In this document: piece by piece, positions 9,035 through 18,664 of the stretch
Numbering within the stretch: the first letter of the stretch is position 1
How the letters are laid out: every line of letters starts with the position of its first letter
Origin: Myxococcota bacterium
Lineage (GTDB): Bacteria > Myxococcota_A > SURF-8
NCBI GenBank assembly: GCA_963674735.2
Contig: CAXXQS010000002.1
Span: 1,632,001-1,696,000 of the forward strand
Length of the DNA: 64,000 bases
Reading direction: 5' to 3'
Program-made: the position numbers and the translations under genes
The notes under the pieces: generated by a model
Told to the model about the DNA's origin: nothing
Database searches by the model: none
Seen by the model: only the letters and a program-made list of their open reading frames with translations

Positions 9035-11659
9035 ATGACAGAAGAAATGGAGAATTTGCCGGTCACGATCCCCGAATCGCTTCCGGTGCTTCCGGTCAAG
9101 GATCTGGTTATTTTTCCGTTTATGATTGTGCCGCTGTTTGTCAATCGCGAAATGACGACGGCCGCCGTCGATACTGCGTTGGCCAGCGACCGTCTGGTAT
9201 TCTTAACGGCCCAGAAGTCTGCCGAGACGGAGGAACCGACAGGCGCAGACATCTACCCCCTCGGTACCGTGGGTATGATCATGCGTATGCGCAAACTGGT
9301 CGATGGCCGTATCAAGATATTGGTGCAGGGCGTGCACCGTGCGCGCATCAAAGAGGTGCTTTCCGAAAAGCCCTATATCACCGTGTCGGTGGAAAAGCAG
9401 GACGAGCCTTACGAAGATGACGAAGAAGCCTTGCGTGCCGAGGCGATTATTCGCACCGTCAAGGAAAACATGGAGAAGGTGATCAATCTGGGTAAGTCGA
9501 TTTCCCCGGATATCCTGCTGATGATGGGGTCGATCGACGAACCGGGCCGTTTGGCCGATCTGGTGGCGACCAACATCATCAACACCGTCGAACAGGCTCA
9601 GGAAGTTCTTGAAATCCTGGATTCCATCGAGCGTTTGCATCATGTCAACGATTTGCTCGACAAGGAAATCAAGGTGCTGACGATGCAGGCCAAGATTCAG
9701 AATCAGGCCCGCGAAGAGATGTCGAAATCGCAGCGCGATTATTATTTGCGCGAACAGTTGCGCGCCATCAAGGCGGAACTGGGCGAGTCGGACAATCAGG
9801 CCAAAGAGATCGAAGAACTGCGCGAAAAGATCCATGCGGTGGGGATGTCGGCCGAGGCGTTGAAGGAAGCCGAAAAGCAGGTCGGACGCCTTGAGACGAT
9901 GAATACCGAGTCGGCCGAGGCGTCGGTGATTCGTACCTACCTCGATTGGCTGGTGGAAATTCCCTGGAGTGCCCGTACGGAAGATACCATCGAAATTCCG
10001 TTTGCGCGCAAAGTGCTCGATGAAGACCACTACGATCTCGAAAAAATCAAGGAACGCATCCTGGAATTTCTCGGGGTGCGCAAACTCAAGGGGACGCATA
10101 AAGGCCCCATCCTCTGCTTTGTCGGCCCGCCGGGAGTGGGGAAAACATCGCTGGGTAAATCCATCGGGCGCGCCATGGGACGCAAATTCGTTCGGATTTC
10201 GCTGGGCGGCGTGCGGGATGAGGCCGAGATTCGCGGACATCGACGGACGTATGTCGGAGCCATGCCCGGTAAGATCATCCAGAGTCTCAAGCAGGCCGGC
10301 AGCCGTAATCCGGTGTTCATGATGGATGAAATCGATAAACTGGGATCCGATTTTCGCGGCGATCCGTCATCGGCGCTTTTGGAAGTGCTCGATCCCGAGC
10401 AGAACCACAGCTTTGTCGATCATTACCTCAACCTGGCCTACGACCTCACGGACGTGATGTTCGTTGCGACAGCCAACGTGCTGGATACCATTCCCCCTGC
10501 TTTGCGCGATCGGATGGAAGTGATTCAACTGGCGGGTTATTCGTCGGATGAAAAACTGCGTATCGCCAAGCGCTATCTGATTCCCAAGCAAATCGAAGAT
10601 AACGGCCTGACACCCGACCAGATCACCATGACCGACGCGGCGATTTCGTTCCTCGTTCACAGTTACACCCGTGAAGCAGGCTTGCGAAACCTGGAACGTC
10701 AGATCGGCGGCGTGTGTCGCAAGTTGGCTCTAGATGTGGCCGAAGGCAAGAAAGTGGCCGGGCGCGTTACGCCCAAGCATGTTGAAAAATACCTCGGCCG
10801 ACCGCTTTACATGGAAGGCGAAGAAGAACAGGAAGATCAGGTGGGCGTGGCCCCCGGCTTGGCCTGGACGCCCGTGGGCGGCGAGGTGCTGTATGTCGAG
10901 GCGCGATTGATGCCCGGACGCGGTCAGTTCATCCTCACCGGCCATCTCGGCGATGTGATGAAAGAATCCGCGCAGGCGGCTTGGAGTTACCTGCGTTCGA
11001 AGGCGAAAGACTACCATATTGCGGATAGCAACTTCACCAATCAGCAGGTGCACGTACACGTGCCCTCGGGCGCCATCCCCAAGGACGGCCCGTCGGCGGG
11101 CGTGACCATGGCGACCGCGCTGTTTTCCGCGTTGACCGGCCGAAAAATACACCATGATGTGGCCATGACCGGTGAAATCACCTTGACCGGCAAGGTGCTG
11201 CCCATCGGCGGCATCAAGAACAAGGTGTTGGCGGCCATGCGCATGAACATCAAAAAAATCGTCATCCCCGAGAGCAACCGCAAGGAAGTGTTGGAATTGC
11301 CGCCGCACGTCCTTCGCCTATTCGAGCCCGTTTTCGTTAAAACCATCGATGATGTTCTTTCGGTAACCATCGCCGACCCGGCACCGGCCAAAAAACGAGC
11401 CTCGAAATCCGGGACGAAAGCGGCAACCCCAAAAAAAGTCGCTCGGACTTCGAAGGGCAACGGCCGCGCTGCGGTGAAAAAAGCGGCAGCGGCCAAGAAA
11501 ACCACCCCGGCCAAAAAAACGACCAAGGCTCCAGCGAGTGCCAAGGCAGTGAAAACCGGAAAAACCCAGAGCTCGGCCAAGGCCAAGAAACCGGTCTCGA
11601 AAAAAGCGGCCGGGACGAAAACAGCCCGGGTTGCGGTCCGCGCCAAACGCGGCAAATAA
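9035..11659 (+). CDS. lon: ATP-dependent Lon protease with Lys/Ala-rich C-terminal extension
   Basis: LON N-domain, Walker A GPPGVGKTS, GHRRTYVGAMPG, PKDGPSAG (catalytic Ser) and PIGGIKNK (catalytic Lys). Confidence 0.97.
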   Translation: MTEEMENLPVTIPESLPVLPVKDLVIFPFMIVPLFVNREMTTAAVDTALASDRLVFLTAQKSAETEEPTGADIYPLGTVGMIMRMRKLVDGRIKILVQGVHRARIKEVLSEKPYITVSVEKQDEPYEDDEEALRAEAIIRTVKENMEKVINLGKSISPDILLMMGSIDEPGRLADLVATNIINTVEQAQEVLEILDSIERLHHVNDLLDKEIKVLTMQAKIQNQAREEMSKSQRDYYLREQLRAIKAELGESDNQAKEIEELREKIHAVGMSAEALKEAEKQVGRLETMNTESAEASVIRTYLDWLVEIPWSARTEDTIEIPFARKVLDEDHYDLEKIKERILEFLGVRKLKGTHKGPILCFVGPPGVGKTSLGKSIGRAMGRKFVRISLGGVRDEAEIRGHRRTYVGAMPGKIIQSLKQAGSRNPVFMMDEIDKLGSDFRGDPSSALLEVLDPEQNHSFVDHYLNLAYDLTDVMFVATANVLDTIPPALRDRMEVIQLAGYSSDEKLRIAKRYLIPKQIEDNGLTPDQITMTDAAISFLVHSYTREAGLRNLERQIGGVCRKLALDVAEGKKVAGRVTPKHVEKYLGRPLYMEGEEEQEDQVGVAPGLAWTPVGGEVLYVEARLMPGRGQFILTGHLGDVMKESAQAAWSYLRSKAKDYHIADSNFTNQQVHVHVPSGAIPKDGPSAGVTMATALFSALTGRKIHHDVAMTGEITLTGKVLPIGGIKNKVLAAMRMNIKKIVIPESNRKEVLELPPHVLRLFEPVFVKTIDDVLSVTIADPAPAKKRASKSGTKAATPKKVARTSKGNGRAAVKKAAAAKKTTPAKKTTKAPASAKAVKTGKTQSSAKAKKPVSKKAAGTKTARVAVRAKRGK

Positions 11660-11693
11660 TCGGACTCTTTGTACGACGCACCAAGGATTGCAC

Positions 11694-12446
11694 ATGGACC
11701 CCGCACGCATCGAGCGTTTGTTGAAAGATGTGGCGACCGGTAAAATCGCCGTGGCTGAAGCGTTGGATGGGTTGCGCCAACTTCCTTTCGAGTCTCTCGG
11801 TCATAGTATGATCGATCACCATCGCCAATTACGGACCGGCGTGCCGGAGGTTATTTACGGCGAAAGCAAAACCGCCGAACAGATCGCCGAGATCGCCCAG
11901 CGTATCACCGCCCGTAAAACCGCCCTTTTAGCCACGCGGGTGGATGCGGAGAAGGCGCGTCTGACTTGCGAGCGCCTGCCCGACGTCACCTATGACGCTG
12001 TTTCACGCACCCTTCGTTGGCTGCCGCCATCGCGCAAAAAGCCCCAGGGTCTGGTTTGCGTGGTAACGGCCGGAACCAGTGACATTCCGGTGGCCGAGGA
12101 AGCGGCGATGACATTGGAAATCATGAACGCCAATCTCGAACGGGTCTATGACGTCGGCGTGGCGGGGGTGCACCGGCTGCTGGATCGGTTGCCGCTGTTG
12201 CAGAAAGCCCGCGCCATTGTCGTGGCGGCCGGGATGGAAGGCGCGCTGGCATCTATCGTGGGCGGCATGGTTCCCGCCCCGGTGGTGGCTTTGCCTACCA
12301 GTGTGGGTTACGGAGCCAGCTTCAAAGGGGTCGCGGCGCTTCTCGGTATGCTGACGTCTTGTGCTCCCGGCGTGGCGGTGGTCAATATCGACAACGGTTT
12401 CGGTGCGGGGGTTATGGCGGGGCTGATCAACCGGCGTGGCCGTTGA
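11694..12446 (+). CDS. larB: Nickel pincer cofactor biosynthesis protein LarB (AIR carboxylase-like)
   Basis: DHHRQLRTGVPEVIYGESK, AGTSDIPVAEEA, DVGVAGVHRL, AGMEGAL, PTSVGYG, VNIDNGFGA. Confidence 0.9.
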   Translation: MDPARIERLLKDVATGKIAVAEALDGLRQLPFESLGHSMIDHHRQLRTGVPEVIYGESKTAEQIAEIAQRITARKTALLATRVDAEKARLTCERLPDVTYDAVSRTLRWLPPSRKKPQGLVCVVTAGTSDIPVAEEAAMTLEIMNANLERVYDVGVAGVHRLLDRLPLLQKARAIVVAAGMEGALASIVGGMVPAPVVALPTSVGYGASFKGVAALLGMLTSCAPGVAVVNIDNGFGAGVMAGLINRRGR

Positions 12447-12456
12447 GAACGAACGT

Positions 12457-13551
12457 CTAAAACAAACGCCGTCGTCCGTATACGTTCAGAAGAAGCGCGA
12501 CACACACCATGCAGATGATCATCGAGGTTCCCCCGTAGCTCATAAAGGGTAGGGTGACACCTACCACGGGCAAAAGCCCGATCACCATCCCGATATTGAT
12601 GAAGATCTGCCAGAATAAAACCGCGGTTGCACCGACGGCCAAGAGCGCGCCGAATTTTTCGCGGGCTTTGCTGGCGACGTGCAATCCGGACAGGATTATC
12701 GTCAGATAAAGCGATAAAACCGCCAGTGACCCCACATAGCCCTGTTCTTCCGCCCATACCGAGAAAATGAAATCGGTGTGCTGCTCCGGCAAAAAACGCA
12801 ACTGGGTTTGCGTGCCGTTTCGGAATCCCTTGCCGTTGACCATTCCCGAACCGATGGCGATCACCGACTGCCGCCGATGGTAGCCGCTGCCCCGAGGGTC
12901 GCTGCCGGGGTCGAAAAGAGTCATAATGCGGGTTTTCTGATAGTCCTTCAAAACGTAATGCCAGCCGACCGGAATGAGGATCAGGGCCGCCAAAACCATC
13001 GCGATCAACGTGCGCCGCTTGATGCGTGTGAAAAGCAGCAGGCTGAAGGCGATAATGGCCAAGAGCAGGCTGGTTCCGAGATCGGGTTCTTTGAGGACAA
13101 GCGCCATCGGAGTCAGAATGATCAGCCAGACCTTACGCAACGACCACAGATCATGTCCTTCTTTGGGAGTGGGGGTGTTGTGAAAGTATTTGGCTAGCGC
13201 CATGACCAGGAAAATTTTCATCGGCTCCGAGGGCTGCAGGTTGAAAATTCCCAGGTTGAGCCACCGCTGCGATCCGCCGATCGGTCGCGAAAACAGCACG
13301 GCGACCAGCAGTACCAGGCAGACCCCGAAAAGGAAATAAGCCAAGCGTTCGTAAACGCGGTAATCGATGGCGTAGGCGACTGCAGCGATGACGACCGCAA
13401 TGGCCGTCCAGCCGATCTGCGAAAAAAAGTAGGTGGGTCGCGTGGCGTAGGCCGCGGAAAACAAGTTGACCAGCCCGATGGCGAGAATCGCCGCTGTGCC
13501 CAGAAAGAGAGGCCAGTGAAAATTATCCGATACGCGGCGATGGGGAGTCAT
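12457..13551 (-). CDS. rodA: Rod shape-determining protein RodA (SEDS glycosyltransferase)
   Basis: GSQRWLNLG..QPSE..K, EPDLGT, YQKTRI, QS.IAIGSG, FLPEQHTDFIF, LPFMSYGGTS. Confidence 0.93.
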   Translation of the reverse strand: MTPHRRVSDNFHWPLFLGTAAILAIGLVNLFSAAYATRPTYFFSQIGWTAIAVVIAAVAYAIDYRVYERLAYFLFGVCLVLLVAVLFSRPIGGSQRWLNLGIFNLQPSEPMKIFLVMALAKYFHNTPTPKEGHDLWSLRKVWLIILTPMALVLKEPDLGTSLLLAIIAFSLLLFTRIKRRTLIAMVLAALILIPVGWHYVLKDYQKTRIMTLFDPGSDPRGSGYHRRQSVIAIGSGMVNGKGFRNGTQTQLRFLPEQHTDFIFSVWAEEQGYVGSLAVLSLYLTIILSGLHVASKAREKFGALLAVGATAVLFWQIFINIGMVIGLLPVVGVTLPFMSYGGTSMIICMVCVALLLNVYGRRRLF

Positions 13552-13565
13552 GTTGCTGTGCCGAC

Positions 13566-14585
13566 CTACAGGCTCAGATAGCCGTAAAATTTTTGGTTGA
13601 AATCGGTGACGATCAGATCGGCCAAACGCATCAGCACCTTTTCTTGGGCATCGGTCCAGTTTTTGGCGCCATCCCGATAGGTGTGTTCCACCAGACCGAA
13701 GGTGGTGCCGTCGAGGTTGTCGATCAGTTCGAGGGTGGCGCGTGTTTTGGCGAAAACGAATCCGGTGCGGTTTTCCGGATTGGTTTTCATCTGTTTTACC
13801 TGGCCGCGCACGATCAAATCGGCACCTTCAACTTCAGGCTGGATCGTCAGCCGTCCGTTGTTGAGGCTTTTCACCACCGCCTCGCGAATGCGCCCGGCAT
13901 TATCTCCTTCGACGGTGATGGCCACCTTCAATTCGGAAAGTGTTCGGTTGAGCTTTTCATTCAGTGTGGCCGGACTGATCAAGGATGAGACTCCGGAACC
14001 GACGGCGTTGACGACGGTCAGCTGGGTGTTTTTGATTTCGCGTTCTTTCATGAGTTCCAATGCTTGAACCAGCGGGCGCGCTTTTTGTACGACGCTGCGG
14101 CCTTTCCCGCTTTGTTCCACACGGCTTTTAATCTCGAAATCGAGAGCGATGACTCGTCGTTCCAGTCGCATCACGGCCGGGGCGCGTTCCAGGGTTGCCA
14201 GAGCGTAGGCTTGCCCGCTTTCCGGGTCGATGAAACTTTCGCGGATGGCGACACCTTCGAGTGTCTGATTGACATAGGTGCGCGTCAACTCGCTGACCGA
14301 TGTTTTCAGTATCCAGGATTGCTGGGTGTTTCCCTCCATCCCGGTGAAGTCCTCCAGTGTTTTCTGGAGTTGCTCGACTTTGATGGAAAACTGTTTGGCG
14401 ATTTCAGCCCGGGCGCGGTCTTGCGCGGTGGCCAGATCCCCGCCTTGACCCATGCCCACCATGAAACGTGAATCCGGATACGAAGGCGGTACTTGCCCTT
14501 CGATCCATGCCGGACGGTCGATGTGGGAGCAAGCGGCGATGAAGCCGATCAGGATGAGGGCGAAGCTGAAAGCTATCGATCTCAT
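13566..14585 (-). CDS. LPP20-family lipoprotein
   Basis: Lipobox IAAC, RPAWIEG, GMG....A.DRARAEIAKQ. Confidence 0.7.
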   Translation of the reverse strand: MRSIAFSFALILIGFIAACSHIDRPAWIEGQVPPSYPDSRFMVGMGQGGDLATAQDRARAEIAKQFSIKVEQLQKTLEDFTGMEGNTQQSWILKTSVSELTRTYVNQTLEGVAIRESFIDPESGQAYALATLERAPAVMRLERRVIALDFEIKSRVEQSGKGRSVVQKARPLVQALELMKEREIKNTQLTVVNAVGSGVSSLISPATLNEKLNRTLSELKVAITVEGDNAGRIREAVVKSLNNGRLTIQPEVEGADLIVRGQVKQMKTNPENRTGFVFAKTRATLELIDNLDGTTFGLVEHTYRDGAKNWTDAQEKVLMRLADLIVTDFNQKFYGYLSL

Positions 14586-16039
14586 GATTCCCTCCTTTGG
14601 GTTGCAAGAGGCCTGGGAGTCTTATCGGGGTTGACCGAGACGGCCGCCTTTTCGTGGGGAGGCGATCCGACCGGAGCCGCGGGCGGCGAAGGAGATTTCG
14701 CTCCGGGTTCGCGGGCTCGCGTAATGAGAAAACGGGTTTGGTCGGGCTCAAGCGTCAAGGTAAAACGTTGACGATCGAGGATGGTGTTGCCGCTGAAATT
14801 GACCGTCACGGTGCGTTTCCCGGGGACGATCGGAACTACCGCCAGCCGCAGGTGATCGGGCAGGGTCATCCAGGAGCGCGTGTCGGCGGCCTCCGCGATA
14901 TCGTAAATATTCATGGCCAGATTCGCGATCAGTGAGGCGGCTTGCAAGCCTTCGTTCTTACTTTTTAAGGCGGCCACCTTGGTGACTTTCTTGATCGCAT
15001 AGCGGGCGATGGCTTTTGCCACCGCGCGGCCTTTCACCTGGCCGTTTTTGTCGTTGAGCATGTTGATGGCCAAGGTGCTGAGGTCGTGGATGCGCGGCAT
15101 CTTGACCGAGCGGCCCATGACGGTCAACGAGGCCTTGCGGGCGGTGAAAAAACTGCGGCGAAATTCGGGATAGGTAACCACGATTGTATCGAGTTGCGGA
15201 TCCGGGATGATCCACTTCTGAGAGAATTTATGCGCCACCACGCCCAGTTCTCCGATCACCACCAGCCGCGCTTTGCCATCCCAGTAGGCGGGATCGCTCT
15301 CGGGATAGCGTCCGAATTCCGGTTCATATTTGGCTATCGCCTCCGTGTATCCGAGTTGCCGGGCGGCGCGCAATACGGAAGCCTTAAGTGCCGTCGGCGT
15401 TTTGATTTTCGTAAGCGTGCCAAGCAGGGCATAGCCGTCCAAGGCATCTTCGTATGAACGGAAGGAGGCGTTGTAATCGCCTTCCGCTTCGTGAATCAGA
15501 CCGGCCAGGAACTGGGCGAAGCCATCTTGTTTGTAGGATGTCTTGACTTTGTTGCGCGCCAGATGATCCGTATAAACTTGCAGCCGGTGGTTGAGTTGGC
15601 GAGCTTCGACGGCGGCCGCTTCCAGGTTGTTGAGATGCAGATAATTGAAGGCCATGATCAGATTGATCATGATGCGTTCGAATTCTTCGCCTTTGAAGGC
15701 GCGTGAGGCTTCATTCCAGGCGATGGCGGCCAGTTCATCCGCGATACTGGTGCCGAACAGTTCGTCCAGTTTGAGCTTGGCGGCATCGAAAGCCCGGTTG
15801 CTCTCATCGTAGCGTCCCAGAAGATGCAGGATTTCGCCTTTATCCATCAAGTCCATGACGAGATCTTTTTTGGAACCCTCTTTGTGCAGTTTCTTCAATT
15901 GCGTCAAGGCTCTTTCATATTCGCCCAGGCGCACGTGGGTGACCATTTCCTTGCGCATCTCGGCATGGGTGGCGCAACCGCTTATGACCAGCAAAAGCAG
16001 GAGCCACCCGGCGCTGATTGAGGAATACCGCGTCGACAT
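14582..16039 (-). CDS. TPR-like lipoprotein (COG3014 type)
   Basis: Lipobox ISGC, FKGEEFER..IN...A.NYL, AAVEAR, ADTRSWMTLP. Confidence 0.75.
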   Translation of the reverse strand: MSTRYSSISAGWLLLLLVISGCATHAEMRKEMVTHVRLGEYERALTQLKKLHKEGSKKDLVMDLMDKGEILHLLGRYDESNRAFDAAKLKLDELFGTSIADELAAIAWNEASRAFKGEEFERIMINLIMAFNYLHLNNLEAAAVEARQLNHRLQVYTDHLARNKVKTSYKQDGFAQFLAGLIHEAEGDYNASFRSYEDALDGYALLGTLTKIKTPTALKASVLRAARQLGYTEAIAKYEPEFGRYPESDPAYWDGKARLVVIGELGVVAHKFSQKWIIPDPQLDTIVVTYPEFRRSFFTARKASLTVMGRSVKMPRIHDLSTLAINMLNDKNGQVKGRAVAKAIARYAIKKVTKVAALKSKNEGLQAASLIANLAMNIYDIAEAADTRSWMTLPDHLRLAVVPIVPGKRTVTVNFSGNTILDRQRFTLTLEPDQTRFLITRAREPGAKSPSPPAAPVGSPPHEKAAVSVNPDKTPRPLATQRRES

Positions 16040-16055
16040 TATGGATTGTCCGGAG

Positions 16056-16670
16056 TTACCAGCGCACCGAATCCTTGTCGATGACTTTTTTGATCTTGTG
16101 CTGGCCGACCCACACGATTTCGTTGGTGGTCAGATTGTGGAGTTCGATATTGGCCTGGTACCAGACCGCTTTGGATCCGCCCAGTTCATCCACGATGGTG
16201 TTGATGGAGCCTTTCATGATGAAGTCGGCGCCGACTTCCTGGCCCACTCCGGCTCGGGTTTCTTCGGAGGTATAGCCCTCATGTTGGTCGGCGCGCTCCT
16301 GGCGTAGTTCGCCGCGTTCGTCGCGCGAAGAGACGAAGCGCACCTTTTGCGAATTGATCAGCGCTCGTTCGATATCCTTGACGAAGGTTTGGACGTTGAT
16401 GTGTTCGTGGCTTTTATTGACGATGGAACCGACGATCACCACGGGCCGTTTGCTTGCGTGAGCCGCTTTCCATTCCGTCAGCCAGGGTTGACTGAGGCAG
16501 TCGCCGACGATGGCACCGGATACCTGCTGAGAGTCGGTATCGTTCCAGCGGCCGGAGATATCGGTTACTTTATCGGCTGCGACGCGGGTGACGCGTTTGC
16601 CGCCACAGGCGATGCAGGAAAGGATAATCAGACAGACAAGAAAAATGAAGCCGATTCGTCGTGGTATCAT
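16056..16670 (-). CDS. lpoB: Penicillin-binding protein activator LpoB-family lipoprotein
   Basis: DISGRWNDTDS, NKSHEHIN, GADFIMKGSI, TNEIVW...KIKK motifs and a lipobox. Confidence 0.75.
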   Translation of the reverse strand: MIPRRIGFIFLVCLIILSCIACGGKRVTRVAADKVTDISGRWNDTDSQQVSGAIVGDCLSQPWLTEWKAAHASKRPVVIVGSIVNKSHEHINVQTFVKDIERALINSQKVRFVSSRDERGELRQERADQHEGYTSEETRAGVGQEVGADFIMKGSINTIVDELGGSKAVWYQANIELHNLTTNEIVWVGQHKIKKVIDKDSVRW

Positions 16671-16715
16671 GGGGTACCTCCAATCGAATGCAAAAATGGG
16701 CCGAAGATCCTGCGT

Positions 16716-17312
16716 TTACAGGGCATTCTTCTTCGGCGTCGGTTTGGGTAGAAGCGTCGGCAGCTTGGCGAACAGGGAATCGGCCTGTTGGCTGGCGAAC
16801 TCTCGCAACCCGACCGGCAGTTCTTCGTTGTCGGTGATCATGCGCAAGAAACCGTCATAGGCGATGACGGCTTTCGAATAATAGACGCCATTGTCATGGT
16901 CGACGTAGCGATCTTCGATGGCGGCGGCGCGGACGTTCATCTTGGTGAAGGCGCGGGTTGCCCGGCTGATCTGATCTTCCGCATCCGGTACGGCGGTAAC
17001 AGTTAGACGCTGCTGATAATCTTTCAGCAGGTTTTCCCCGAATAAATTGAACAATTTTGCAATTTTGGTTCGTGCTTGTCCATCCGCGTTGGTGCGCGCC
17101 ATGGTAGGCGATTTGATGCCGGAGACTTCTCCGATGCCGATCGCCAGGCGTCCGCGCTCGCTGTCTTCCAGAGTACCCGACAGGAACAGACACCATTCAG
17201 GCATTTGAGGTGGGGCCGGTCGGCGAAGCTCACGGGCGGAACAGCCCACCAGAATGAGGACGACCAACAGCCCGAGCAGCTCGATCTTCCATTTTCCACG
17301 AAAAGTCCACAT
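16716..17312 (-). CDS. Putative LPP20-like lipoprotein
   Basis: Lipobox LVGC, PEW..., GIG......MARTNADGQART.IAK. Confidence 0.6.
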   Translation of the reverse strand: MWTFRGKWKIELLGLLVVLILVGCSARELRRPAPPQMPEWCLFLSGTLEDSERGRLAIGIGEVSGIKSPTMARTNADGQARTKIAKLFNLFGENLLKDYQQRLTVTAVPDAEDQISRATRAFTKMNVRAAAIEDRYVDHDNGVYYSKAVIAYDGFLRMITDNEELPVGLREFASQQADSLFAKLPTLLPKPTPKKNAL

Positions 17313-17331
17313 TGGCAGTTACTCCCGTTTT

Positions 17332-18213
17332 TTACTTTATGTCCGCATTTTCCGGGTCGGCATTCGTCATGTCGAGCCGCTTGTCCCCGGCTGCGTTTGG
17401 TGATCGTTTCTCAAGACTCTGAGCCGAGTATACCCTTTGCTCGCCTTCCCGCCAAGGGTCTCGCCGGTCTTTTTCTTCCGAGGGGGATGCCGTTTCGGTG
17501 GTGATGACGGAAATTCTTTTTTCTTTCAGCAAGTTAAGCCATTTTAAAATGCGAACGGAAGCTAAAGGGAGTAGCTTGAATGACGGACTTTCAGGGGCGG
17601 TCAACACCCCTGCCAGACGACCCCGGTCATCAAACAAGGGTGCTCCGAGAAAACCCGGCAGCGCCGGAAGCGTGTCCCCGGTCACTTTCAACATCGACCA
17701 GGGACCCAGATCGGCATGATAACCAAGCGCGCTTAAAGAAGAGGAAGGCTTCTCCTTTTCCAGCCTGAATGCAGGGGCCGCTTCATTGCGGCGTGGGCTG
17801 CGGACGAGCAAGATGGCCAGATCCATTTCCGGGTTCTCGTGCAGGATAAACGCATCGTAATGATGGGCGAAGTCCTGCTTGCGTTTTCCGGTGATCGATG
17901 GGGGTTTGGAGTAGACGATGATACGTTCGGCGGGGCGGTCGAGTTGTTGCATGCGAAGCAGGCTGCGGCTGGTCAGGACCAGTTCTTGTCGAGATAACCG
18001 TACTCCGGCACCCATTCGCACGCCTTCCTCGCCGCAAAAGGCGGCCAGCATGACGACGTTGGGAGCTGTGGCTCGATAGAGATGCGCCAATTCGGCGGGC
18101 GGAGTTTGCGGGTCGGCGGCCGAAAGCGAGTCTGCCGACAGCAAGGTGTGCAGCGTGGTAAGCCACAAGATGACACACAAACCCAACAGAGGACGAAAGG
18201 GAGAAAATCGCAT
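17332..18213 (-). CDS. Trypsin-like (S1) fold protein, probably catalytically inactive
   Basis: Signal peptide, G.GV....LVLT, DLAILLV and G..GAPLFD..G.LAGV scaffold motifs. Catalytic His and Ser positions are substituted. Confidence 0.6.
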   Translation of the reverse strand: MRFSPFRPLLGLCVILWLTTLHTLLSADSLSAADPQTPPAELAHLYRATAPNVVMLAAFCGEEGVRMGAGVRLSRQELVLTSRSLLRMQQLDRPAERIIVYSKPPSITGKRKQDFAHHYDAFILHENPEMDLAILLVRSPRRNEAAPAFRLEKEKPSSSLSALGYHADLGPWSMLKVTGDTLPALPGFLGAPLFDDRGRLAGVLTAPESPSFKLLPLASVRILKWLNLLKEKRISVITTETASPSEEKDRRDPWREGEQRVYSAQSLEKRSPNAAGDKRLDMTNADPENADIK

Positions 18214-18349
18214 CTGAAGACGTCCTTTTATCCGTAATTATTGACCTTTACATGCTAGAAGGATGTCGGTTGTGAGTCAAGTTCTGAAATTCGATGATAA
18301 TCCCGGTTGGAATAAAGGGAAAAAAATGTTGGGGAAGTTCGGAATTATC

Positions 18350-18378
18350 TTGACAGTGAACCCACTTGCTGTTAATTA
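18350..18378 (+). promoter_or_regulatory. Putative sigma70 promoter of the tRNA operon
   Basis: TTGACA at 18350-18355, then 17 nt, then a weak -10 (TAATTA), about 50 bp upstream of tRNA-Lys. Confidence 0.5.
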
Positions 18379-18427
18379 CCGTATCCCGGTTGCCCGGTAG
18401 AGCTGCTGGGCGTTTGAGAGACAAAAC

Positions 18428-18503
18428 GGGCCGGTAGCTCAGCTGGTAGAGCAGCGGACTTTTAATCCGTCGGTCGGGCGTTCGAATCGCCCCCGGCTCA
18501 CCA
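18428..18503 (+). tRNA. tRNA-Lys(UUU)
   Basis: 76-nt cloverleaf: TAGCTCAGCTGGTAGAGC D-arm, anticodon loop CT-TTT-AA, GTTCGAATC T-loop, encoded CCA. Confidence 0.97.
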
Positions 18504-18528
18504 TTTTGTTCTTGTGAAAAGTAGTTTA

Positions 18529-18603
18529 GACCCCATCGTCTAGTGGTTAGGACACCGGCCTTTCACGCCGGCGGCGCGGGTTCAAGTCCCGCTGGGGTCG
18601 CCA
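18529..18603 (+). tRNA. tRNA-Glu(UUC), integration target
   Basis: GACCCCA...TGGGGTC acceptor stem, CCGGC-CTTTCAC-GCCGG anticodon arm, GTTCAAGTC T-loop, CCA. Confidence 0.97.
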
Positions 18604-18664
18604 ACTGTTCATAGCAGGCAGCATTTTCGGTTAACATACTGAAAATGCTGTTTGTTTTTTATGG
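18596..18664 (+). repeat. attL-type 69-bp direct repeat, copy 1
   Basis: GGTCGCCAACTGTTCATAGCAGGCAGCATTTTCGGTTAACATACTGAAAATGCTGTTTGTTTTTTATGG, identical to 31234-31302. The first 8 nt are the tRNA-Glu 3' end. Confidence 0.95.
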
